Shown: positions 1 through 8,297 of the stretch, piece after piece
How the letters are laid out: every line of letters begins with the position of its first letter
Numbering within the stretch: position 1 is the stretch's first letter
Origin: Candidatus Latescibacterota bacterium
GTDB taxonomy: Bacteria > Krumholzibacteriota > Krumholzibacteriia > WVZY01 > JAKEHA01
DNA: 64,000 bases
Assembly (NCBI GenBank): GCA_963707635.1
Contig: OY970173.1
Span: 1,632,001 to 1,696,000 of the forward strand
Direction of reading: 5' to 3'
Notes under the pieces: generated by a model
Told to the model about the DNA's origin: nothing
Seen by the model: the letters and a program-made list of their open reading frames with translations, nothing else
Database searches by the model: none
Translations under genes and position numbers: made by a program

Positions 1-464
1 TGTATCGCGCCAACGGGGGCAGTGAGAGCTTCAGCGGGATCAAGACGTTGAACGCGCCGAGCAACGGCGACTTCATGTTTGTCGACGCGACCGTGGTCCC
101 GGGTCATTCGTACCGGTACAAGATCGGCGTCGTCGACGGCGACGGCGAGTACTTCTCGCAGGCGGCCGGAGTGGAAGTCCCGACCGCTCGCATCGAGCTC
201 TCGCAGAACTCGCCGAATCCGTTCAATCCCACCACGACGATCCGCTTCTCGCTTCCGGCGAGTGAGCGTGTCGGCCTGGCGGTCTACGCGGCGAACGGTT
301 CTCTGGTCCGGACGCTGGTCAACGGCGTTACCGAACCCGGCGCCCACAACGTCACGTGGGACGGCCGCGACATGGCGGGCAACCCGGTCAGTTCAGGCAT
401 GTATTTCTATCGCCTGACGGCAGGGAAGTTCAGCGAGTCGAGAAAGATGGTTCTCCTGAAGTAG
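1..464 (+). CDS. Secreted protein, C-terminal part with FlgD-Ig/T9SS-like CTD (5' end outside window)
   Basis: Frame is open from the window edge (YRANGGSESF...). Contains LSQNSPNPFNPTTTIRF...WDGRD..G..VSSGMYFYRL...RKMVLLK. Confidence 0.85.
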   Translation, partial: YRANGGSESFSGIKTLNAPSNGDFMFVDATVVPGHSYRYKIGVVDGDGEYFSQAAGVEVPTARIELSQNSPNPFNPTTTIRFSLPASERVGLAVYAANGSLVRTLVNGVTEPGAHNVTWDGRDMAGNPVSSGMYFYRLTAGKFSESRKMVLLK

Positions 465-491
465 AGAAGCGTCACGATTCGTAGTTGCAGC

Positions 492-529
492 AAGGACGCC
501 CGGGTTTCGCCCGGGCGTCCTTCTGTTTT
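492..529 (+). terminator. Rho-independent terminator
   Basis: AAGGACGCCCGGG-TTTCG-CCCGGGCGTCCTT hairpin followed by CTGTTTT. Confidence 0.8.
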
Positions 530-669
530 CAGATGGAAGGTTTCCATGGACGCAGCCGGCAATCGCTGCTAGAGTCGCGGCGCATAGCGATCGACACCCG
601 CTCAATCTGCGGACGGTTTTACGTTGACCTCACAGCCAGCCGCTTGATCCGGCCCGAATAGGAGATGAC

Positions 670-1314
670 ATGCGTTCTCATGCTGGACTTGTGCTCATAA
701 CCATACTGATCTTGGTCGGCTCGTCGCGCACCCTGCACGCAGAGGGATCGGTGGCCTCGAGGGACACCATACCGGAGTCCAACTTCTTCACGGTGTCCGT
801 TGGGGAGTCGTGGCCGGTCGGCGGACCCGTCGAGGACTCGTATGAAGCGGGTCTCACGGTGGGGGCGTCGTTTCGAAAGGGGCTCATGTCCAGCTACCTG
901 GGCGGGCTCGAGTTCGGTTACACGTGGTACTCGCTCGACAGCGCCAACCTGGCGGAGACGAACCCGGGTTCGACCTATTCCGGCGGTGACATGGGGCTCT
1001 TGAGCATCACGACCGAGAACGACTACCTCTTCGGCTCTGCGGCAAACGCACTGCGCCCCTTCCTGAACCTCGGCATCGGGTACTACAAGTCCTTTGTCGA
1101 CGACGCGACGGTCACGACTGGTTCGACACCCGCGAGTTATTCCACCGGAGTCTACGAAGGCAGCTTCTTTGGATTCCACGCCGGGATCGGCGCGCTGATC
1201 AACCGGGATCGCTTCGGCCTGCGCCTGGACACGAACTACCAGCATCTTTTTGCGGGCGGCCCGGACCTCGAGTTCTTTACGGCGCGCGGCGGGATCGTCT
1301 TCTACCTCGACTGA
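670..1314 (+). CDS. Outer membrane beta-barrel protein
   Basis: GGAG RBS, signal peptide, alternating beta-strands (RPFLNLGIGYY, FGFHAGIG) and an aromatic C-terminal strand. Confidence 0.7.
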   Translation: MRSHAGLVLITILILVGSSRTLHAEGSVASRDTIPESNFFTVSVGESWPVGGPVEDSYEAGLTVGASFRKGLMSSYLGGLEFGYTWYSLDSANLAETNPGSTYSGGDMGLLSITTENDYLFGSAANALRPFLNLGIGYYKSFVDDATVTTGSTPASYSTGVYEGSFFGFHAGIGALINRDRFGLRLDTNYQHLFAGGPDLEFFTARGGIVFYLD

Positions 1315-1409
1315 TCGTCACGGTTCGGTTCATGGTATACTAAGCGCTGGACTCAACGCGGTATGGCGATGTGGAAGTTGAACGCTGTGCATTCGTAAAG
1401 GAGACGAAT

Positions 1410-2024
1410 ATGCGAAACCGGGCGTGGCTTCTGCCTTGCGTCGCCGTGATCGTGGCCGTGTGCGCATCGACGGCGGGCGCCACCATGACCATCACCGAGA
1501 CCTACACGGTCGATCCAGGCTGGGAAGCCGGTGGATACTGGGAATTCACGGTGACCAACCACACCGGCGCGGACGTCTACATGGTCGCGGTCGGAAACTC
1601 CCTCGCGGACTTCGTGGTGGTGAGGTATCCCGATTTGGTCGGTGTCTGGGATCCGAACCGCATAGATGCATACGATTGGAACGTCAACGAGTTCACGTTT
1701 CGACCGATCGCGTGGACGGCGCCGGATCTCTCGACGTTCCCGACCTCGGTGTACTTCCCGGGCGCCACGCAGATTCTCATGTACTACGTTCTCGGCTCCA
1801 ACGCGCCGCTGGCGGATGGCGCGACGATCAGCGGGTTCATCTTCAATTACCCGTACGGTCTCGCCTCGTCGGGCGGTCCGCTCGCGCCGTTCGCCGTGGG
1901 GGCGCCTTTCCTGGCGTTCAATCGAGACGGCGAACTGGTCGCGCAAGGGGTCACGAATGGGGCGCCGTTGGCGACTGACCATCGAACCTGGGGCGCGATC
2001 AAGGCGCTGTACCGCCAAAGGTAG
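1410..2024 (+). CDS. Secreted protein with C-terminal TWGxIKALYR motif
   Basis: AAGGAG RBS, signal peptide MRNRAWLL...AGA, ends PLATDHRTWGAIKALYRQR. Confidence 0.8.
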   Translation: MRNRAWLLPCVAVIVAVCASTAGATMTITETYTVDPGWEAGGYWEFTVTNHTGADVYMVAVGNSLADFVVVRYPDLVGVWDPNRIDAYDWNVNEFTFRPIAWTAPDLSTFPTSVYFPGATQILMYYVLGSNAPLADGATISGFIFNYPYGLASSGGPLAPFAVGAPFLAFNRDGELVAQGVTNGAPLATDHRTWGAIKALYRQR

Positions 2025-2030
2025 GCCCCC

Positions 2031-2930
2031 ATGTTTCGTCGGTGGTTCACGCGCGGGTGCGCGCTGCTGATCGCGCCTCTCCTCTCCGTCCCGGCATTCG
2101 GAAGTTCGTTCTACTCATTCGCGTCAAGCAACGAAGGCTGGCAGGTCGTCGACTTTCCATTCTTGACGCACAATCCAACGCCCACTACCGCCGCCCTGCC
2201 GTTCGACGGCGCGTTCGGCAATCCTGCGGGTAGCGTGCGCGTGGGGGATGTCTTCGGGGAGACCGGGATCACGGCGCCTGCCGCTCACCTGGGTGATCAG
2301 GCGGCGATCTACGGCGATACGCTGCGCTACGACATCCTGATTCGGTACACCGACAACCTCGCTTACCCGGCGGTGGTGCTCAACGGCGGGACCATGTCCA
2401 TCTACTACGAGACGCCCTCGCCGGCGCTGGACGTGTGGGAATCGCGCGCGATTCCGCTCTCGGAAGCCGGTTGGAAGGTCAGCAACACCGCCGCCGTCGC
2501 GACACAGACCGATTTCATGAACGTCCTCTCGAATCTCACCGGTATCTACATCGCGACCGAATGGCGCACCGGACCCGACGATACCAACGTCGACAACATC
2601 TTCTTGCCGGGCGGACCGACCGGGGTCGTGGGGGCCACTCCATCCGCCCGCGGCGTGGTGGTGCGGCCCGCGTTTCCGAATCCGTTCGGCGGGGCTACCG
2701 AGATCGCGTTCACGCTCGATCATCCCGGACTCGTAACCGTCGCGGTATTCGATGTGCAGGGCCGGTTGGTGCGAACCCTCGCGGCAGAGCGCTTCGTTAC
2801 CGACCGCGCGACCGTGGCCTGGGACGGGAAGAGCGACGGCGGAGCCGACGTTCCGTCGGGGACCTACTTCGCGCGCGTCGTGACGGCGGCCGGAGGCGTC
2901 GCCGCTGAGAAGGTCGTTCGAGTCAGATAG
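2031..2930 (+). CDS. Secreted laminin-B(IV)-like domain protein with FlgD/T9SS-like CTD
   Basis: Signal peptide; APAAHLGDQ..IYGDTLRYD and FMNVLSNLTGIYI resemble laminin B; PTGV linker, then FPNPF...WDG...PSGTYF. Confidence 0.7.
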   Translation: MFRRWFTRGCALLIAPLLSVPAFGSSFYSFASSNEGWQVVDFPFLTHNPTPTTAALPFDGAFGNPAGSVRVGDVFGETGITAPAAHLGDQAAIYGDTLRYDILIRYTDNLAYPAVVLNGGTMSIYYETPSPALDVWESRAIPLSEAGWKVSNTAAVATQTDFMNVLSNLTGIYIATEWRTGPDDTNVDNIFLPGGPTGVVGATPSARGVVVRPAFPNPFGGATEIAFTLDHPGLVTVAVFDVQGRLVRTLAAERFVTDRATVAWDGKSDGGADVPSGTYFARVVTAAGGVAAEKVVRVR

Positions 2931-2989
2931 CGCGCCCAGGCCGCCGGGCGCGAAACAGAATCACGTCGGCCGCACTGGAGGAAGCAGTC

Positions 2990-3265
2990 ATGGCTAGTAA
3001 GCGCCGAATGGGTGCGGAGGAAGCGAAGGCCATTGGTTCCGCGCTCGGGATCGACTGGGCAAAGGTCGATCTGGAGCAGTTCCGTCGCGGGCTCGAAGTC
3101 GAGCTCGAGCACGGCGCGCGAGACCCGGAGACCAATGTCACCAACGATGACCTCACCCTCACCGGGAAGATCGCCTGGGCGCATCTGAAGGAATTCCGCG
3201 ACTACTACACGCGGCTGGACCAGCTGGAGGCGGAAGCGGACGCCTACTGGTCTTCGCGCCGTTGA
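2990..3265 (+). CDS. Small conserved protein (DUF5661-like)
   Basis: GGAGG RBS; F..GL.VELEHG...NVT.DD...TGKIA.AHLKE..DYYTRL motif. Confidence 0.7.
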   Translation: MASKRRMGAEEAKAIGSALGIDWAKVDLEQFRRGLEVELEHGARDPETNVTNDDLTLTGKIAWAHLKEFRDYYTRLDQLEAEADAYWSSRR

Positions 3266-3282
3266 AGCGGACGGCAAGCGGG

Positions 3283-3330
3283 TCAGCCTTGCCGCAGTAG
3301 CAGCACCAGCATCGTCCCGGAGATCGCCAG
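3283..3330 (-). pseudogene. Probable C-terminal remnant of AspT/YidE-family transporter
   Basis: Minus strand reads LAISGTMLVLLLRQG-stop immediately outside the left edge of repeat copy 1. It resembles the last TM helix of AspT-family proteins. Confidence 0.45.
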
Positions 3331-3331
3331 C

Positions 3332-5526
3332 TTTCGCCGCTGTTCACTGCTGAGTAGTCACGGCATCCGCGCCAAGGTGATGCGCTTGACTTGGTTCTAA
3401 CGAAGCCCTACTCTCCATATTACCAAGTGGCATTCCCAGGTGCCCCCCGCTGGCAGCATCTGTTTCGATGCGCACTGGCCGCAAGTAGTGCACACCTTTC
3501 ATGGAGGCGCGTCTCATGCACCCGCGGCCGTCAGTCCTGCCCCTCACTCTCCTGATTCACATTGTTTGGGGATGTCTTGCATTATCGCCTGCGCACGCGA
3601 CGGTCCCGGTTCACGAATGGAGTCAACGCTTTGGCGAGACCGGCGAAGACGTAGCGTTCGGCGTGGCCACAGACGGAGCGGGCAACGTTGTCATTACCGG
3701 ACTGTTCCAGCAGGGGATTAGCTTTGGCGGCAGATTCCACGGCGCCAAGGGGACTTTCGACATATTCCTGGCCAAGTTTGACCCAAACGGTGCGTACCTG
3801 TGGAGTAAGACTTTCGGAATGACCCCTGGTGGGGGATACAACGGAATCCTTAATGCGAGGGGCGTAGCCGCGGATGGATTGGGTGGTATCGCCATGGCGG
3901 GGTATTTCCAAGGCACCATGAGTTTCGGCGGCGCCCCACTGACGGCAGTGGGCTCGGGCCTCTTTGTCGCCAAGTACGATGCCAGCGGCGTTCACGTGTG
4001 GAGTCGCGCATTGGGGGCTAATGGCCCCGAGGACAGCTTCGGGCTCGCTGCGGATGGATCGGGCAACACCATCATCACGGGGGCCTTTGCAGGCTCGATG
4101 GATTTCGGCGGTGGCCTCCTGACCAGCGTTGGGGGCAGCGAGATTGTCATTGCAAAGTATGATGCGAACGGCGCTCACCTGTGGAGCCGGCGTCTCGGCA
4201 GCTTGGGCAACGACTACGGCGTAGACGTCGCGGTCGACGGGGCGGGGGGCTTCGCCGTCACCGGTCTCTTTAGCGGTGCGGTGAACTTTGGTGGTGCGAC
4301 ACTGACCAGTGTCGGGGCCACTGATGTATTTCTCGTCAAGTACAATGCCGATGGTGTGCACCAGTGGAGCCGGCGCATGGGAGGGACAAACTTCGACGAC
4401 GTGGCGGGGGTTGCCGTAAACGCAGCGGGAGACGTCGCCATCCACGGTGAACTGTTCACCAGCGCGAATTACGGAGGACAGACGCTGACGAGCGTCGGGA
4501 GTACCGATGTCTACGTCGCGAAATACGACGCGGGCGGCCTGCACGTGTGGAGTCAGCGCTTCGGCGGCGTGGACATGGACCGCGCCCGCGCCGTCGCCAT
4601 GGACGGGTTGGGCGACGTGGTTATCAGCGGTTCATTTTCGGGAACGGGGGATCTTGGCGGTGAGCCGATCGTTGGGGGTGCCGCCGATATATACCTCGCC
4701 AGGTACGATGCCGCCGGCGTCCACAAGTGGAGTCGGGCGTTCGGCCACCCTGCCACTATTGACGAGGGCTACGGAATTGCCACGGACGCGCTCGGTGACG
4801 TTCTCCTCACCGGCGCATTCACCCAGACGATAGATTTCGGCGGTGGGGTTCTGACCACCGAGGGATGGGACGACATTTTCCTTGTCAAGTTCAGCGAAGA
4901 AAGTCCCGTCCCTGTCCTGTTTACACTTTTCACGGCCACGCCCCGCGGTGCCGTCGTGGAAATAGCTTGGGATGTGAGCAGTGACGAGGTCCTGGGCGAA
5001 GTAGCGCTCTATCGTCGCGAGGGAACCGCGACGGAGCCGATCCTCGTCGCAACCGGCAGTGCGCTCGCCGCGCACTCGTACCTGGACGCCACGGTCGAAG
5101 CGGGTCGGACGTATCATTATGAGCTCGTTATTCGGACCGCGGGCGGGGACGTGTTCCGCTCACCTGTGGCGACGGTAACGGTTCCGACGTTCATCACTAC
5201 TTGGAGCAGAACCAACCCAACCCGTTCAACCCAAGCACCACCGTCACGTACACGTTGAGCGAGCGCGCGTTCACGAGCATAAGCATCTACAACGCGGCGG
5301 GAGCTTTGGTTGCGCGACTGGATGAGGGCGAACATGAACGAGGCACGCATCGCGTGGAGTGGAACGGTCGCGATGCGGCGGGAAGGCCCGTGGCGAGCGG
5401 TGTCTACATCTACCGGCTCGAAGGCGCAGTAGGCGTAAACGCGAGGAAGATGTTGCTCCTCAAGTAACGTTCGCCCAGACCAGACGCCACCAGCTTCATC
5501 TTGCTTCTGCGAGAGCGTGGCGCGAC
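3332..5526 (+). repeat. Direct repeat copy 1 (~2.2 kb SBBP gene cassette)
   Basis: Begins TTTCGCCGCTGTTCACTG and ends GAGCGTGGCGCGAC, matching 6082-8268. Confidence 0.9.
3501..5467 (+). CDS. SBBP-repeat beta-propeller protein with FlgD/T9SS-like CTD (1-bp frameshift near 5200)
   Basis: Repeated D..GN.VITG.F...DFGG..LTS.G..D.F.AKYD..G...WS..FG units. Lacks one A relative to copy 2 (ACTAC-TTG versus ACTACATTG). Confidence 0.85.
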
Positions 5527-5940
5527 CGTCGCGGTGCCAAGCGTGGTGGAGCTGGTCAGCGCGCCGGATAACAACCCGGCCGCCGTCCCCCCGTCGAAGT
5601 TCATCACGCGCGCCAGCAACCACGTCGCCCCGATGCCGGTCGCGCACAGAATGATGGTCAGCACAATCTGCGGCACAGCGCTCGAGCCAAGGGCCTGAAA
5701 GAACTCGGGCCCGGTCCGAAACCCGATCGCGAACAGGAACAGCAGGAAGAAGACGGTCTGGAGCACGGGCGAGGCGTCGATACCGACCTGGCCGACCAGG
5801 AGACCCGCGAAGAGCGCCCCGAGCACCGAGCCGAGCTGAAAGCTCCGCACGCGGATGCGACCGAGGGCGTGGCCGAGCGCGAGAGCCACGAACAACGCCA
5901 GTTCCGGATTCTCGCGCAACGCGCCGGTGAACCAACTCAC
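5527..5940 (-). pseudogene. Truncated aspartate:alanine exchanger (AspT/YidE family), N-terminal ~138 aa
   Basis: GGAGG RBS and GTG start; ENPELALF..LALG..LG, FLLFLFAIGFRTGP.FF, AAGLLSGALTSS motifs. Homology stops at the repeat boundary. Confidence 0.75.
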
Positions 5941-6081
5941 TTCGCCACCTCCCGCGAGCAAGGAAGAAATCTCTCTACACCGTGTTGACCTTGGCCGGGG
6001 AAGCGTACCACTAGCAAGTGGAAAACAGAATCTGTCGTTGATGGTGAGGCCATTTTCGACTGCTCGCTTCGGCGTCACCCA

Positions 6082-8268
6082 TTTCGCCGCTGTTCACTGC
6101 TGAGTAGTCACGGCATCCGCGCCAAGGTGATGCGCTTGACTTGGTTCTAACGAAGCCCTACTCTCCATATTACCAAGTGGCATTCCCAGGTGCCCCCCGC
6201 TGGCAGCATCTGTTTCGATGCGCACTGGCCGCAAGTAGTGCACACCTTTCATGGAGGCGCGTCTCATGCACCCGCGGCCGTCAGTTCTGCCCCTCACTCT
6301 CCTGATTCACATCATTTGGGGATGTCTTGCATTGTCGCCTGCTCACGCGACCGTCCCGGTTCATGAATGGAGTCAACGCTTTGGCGAGACCGGCGAAGAC
6401 GCAGCGTTCGGCGTGGCCACAGACGGAGCGGGCAACGTTGTCATTACCGGAACGTTCCAGCAGGGGATTAGCTTCGGCGGCAGATTCCACGGCGCCAAGG
6501 GGACATTGGATATCTTCCTGGCCAAGTTTGACCCAAACGGTACGTATATGTGGAGCAAGAGTTTCGGGTACCCCCCCAGCGCTGGACTGAACGGCATCTG
6601 CAAAGGGGTGGCCGTAGCGGTGGATGGATCGGGTGGTGTCGCCATGGCGGGGTACTTCCAGGGAACGATCAATTTCGGCGGCGGGCCCCTGACCGCGATA
6701 GACCTGCAAGACGTCGTCGTTGCCAAGTTCGATGCCAACGGCGTTCACGTATGGAGTCGGGTCCTGCGGATTGGCGGCCCCGAGGACAGCTTTGGACTGG
6801 CCGCGGATGTAGCCGGGAACACGGTGATCACCACCGCGACCGGAGGGACGGTGGATTTCGGCGGTGGCCTCCTGACCAGTGGCATGGTCGTCGCCAAATA
6901 CGGTCCGAACGGCGCTCATCTGTGGAGTCGGAGCTTCGGCGGCGCGAGCGGCGGATTGGGCTGGGACGTGGCCGTCGATGGGTCGGGCGACATCGTTGTT
7001 GCCGGTAATTTCGCCGGTACGACGAACTTTGGAGGCGAGACGATGACCAGTGCCGGGTACACGGATGGTTTTCTCGCCAAGTACGATGCCGACGGGAACC
7101 ACCAGTGGAGCCGGCGCTTCGGGGGTTACGGGTACGACGGCGTGAAGGGGGTCGCCGTGGGTGCCGCGGGAGACATCGCCGTGCACGGTGAATTCAGCGC
7201 TATCGCGAATTTTGGTGGGCAAGACCTGACGAGCGCCGGGAACTTCGATGTCTACGTCGCGAAGTACGACGCGGGCGGGCTCCACCTGTGGAGTCATGGC
7301 TTCGGCCGCGTGACCAGGGAATTCGCCCGCTCCGTCGCCGTCGATGGATTGGGTGACGTGGTGATCAGTGGATCATTTGCGGGACCTGTGGATTTTGGGG
7401 GCGGGCCGATCGGCGCGGGTGTCGCCGACATCTACCTCGCCCGGTACGATGCCGCCGGCTTCCACAAGTGGAGTCGGGTCTTCGGCCATCCCGCCACCGC
7501 TGACGAAGGGTGGGGAGTTGCCGTGGACGCTCTCGGTGACGTTCTCCTCACCGGCTTATTCACCGAAACGATAGACTTCGGCGGCGGAGTTCTGACCACC
7601 GAGGGGCGGGACGACATTTTCCTCGTCAAGTTCAGCGAAGAGAGTCCCGTTCCGGTACTGTTCACGCGCTTCGCGGCCACGCCCCGCGGTGCCGCGGTGG
7701 AGATCGCGTGGGACGTAAGCAGCGATGAGGTGCTGGGTGAGGCCACGCTTTATCGTCGCGAGGGAGCCGCGACGGAGCCGATCCTCGTCGCAACCGGCAG
7801 TGCGCTCGCCGCGCACTCGTACCTGGACGCCACGGTCGAAGCGGGTCGGACGTATCATTATGAGCTCGTTATTCGGACCGCGGGCGGGGACGTGTTCCGC
7901 TCACCTGTGGCGACGGTAACGGTTCCGACGTTCATCACTACATTGGAGCAGAACCAACCCAACCCGTTCAACCCAAGCACCACCGTCACGTACACGTTGA
8001 GCGAGCGCGCGTTCACGAGCATAAGCATCTACAACGCGGCGGGAGCTTTGGTTGCGCGACTGGATGAGGGCGAACATGAACGAGGCACGCATCGCGTGGA
8101 GTGGAACGGTCGCGATGCGGCGGGAAGGCCCGTGGCGAGCGGTGTCTACATCTACCGGCTCGAAGGCGCAGTAGGCGTAAACGCGAGGAAGATGTTGCTC
8201 CTCAAGTAACGTTCGCCCAGACCAGACGCCACCAGCTTCATCTTGCTTCTGCGAGAGCGTGGCGCGAC
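6082..8268 (+). repeat. Direct repeat copy 2
   Basis: Same ends as 3332-5526. Confidence 0.9.
6251..8209 (+). CDS. SBBP-repeat beta-propeller protein with FlgD/T9SS-like CTD
   Basis: Intact 652-aa paralog: signal peptide, propeller repeats, SPVPVLF linker, Ig/FN3-like domain, QNQPNPFNP...RKMLLLK. Confidence 0.88.
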   Translation: MEARLMHPRPSVLPLTLLIHIIWGCLALSPAHATVPVHEWSQRFGETGEDAAFGVATDGAGNVVITGTFQQGISFGGRFHGAKGTLDIFLAKFDPNGTYMWSKSFGYPPSAGLNGICKGVAVAVDGSGGVAMAGYFQGTINFGGGPLTAIDLQDVVVAKFDANGVHVWSRVLRIGGPEDSFGLAADVAGNTVITTATGGTVDFGGGLLTSGMVVAKYGPNGAHLWSRSFGGASGGLGWDVAVDGSGDIVVAGNFAGTTNFGGETMTSAGYTDGFLAKYDADGNHQWSRRFGGYGYDGVKGVAVGAAGDIAVHGEFSAIANFGGQDLTSAGNFDVYVAKYDAGGLHLWSHGFGRVTREFARSVAVDGLGDVVISGSFAGPVDFGGGPIGAGVADIYLARYDAAGFHKWSRVFGHPATADEGWGVAVDALGDVLLTGLFTETIDFGGGVLTTEGRDDIFLVKFSEESPVPVLFTRFAATPRGAAVEIAWDVSSDEVLGEATLYRREGAATEPILVATGSALAAHSYLDATVEAGRTYHYELVIRTAGGDVFRSPVATVTVPTFITTLEQNQPNPFNPSTTVTYTLSERAFTSISIYNAAGALVARLDEGEHERGTHRVEWNGRDAAGRPVASGVYIYRLEGAVGVNARKMLLLK

Positions 8269-8297
8269 GTGCCTTCCAGGCACCGTCTCGTCATTTC

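Noticed and set aside
3332..8268. Diversity-generating retroelement (TR/VR pair)
   Set aside because: No reverse transcriptase in the window. Differences are not adenine-restricted, include indels and lie mid-gene, while the 3' ends are identical.
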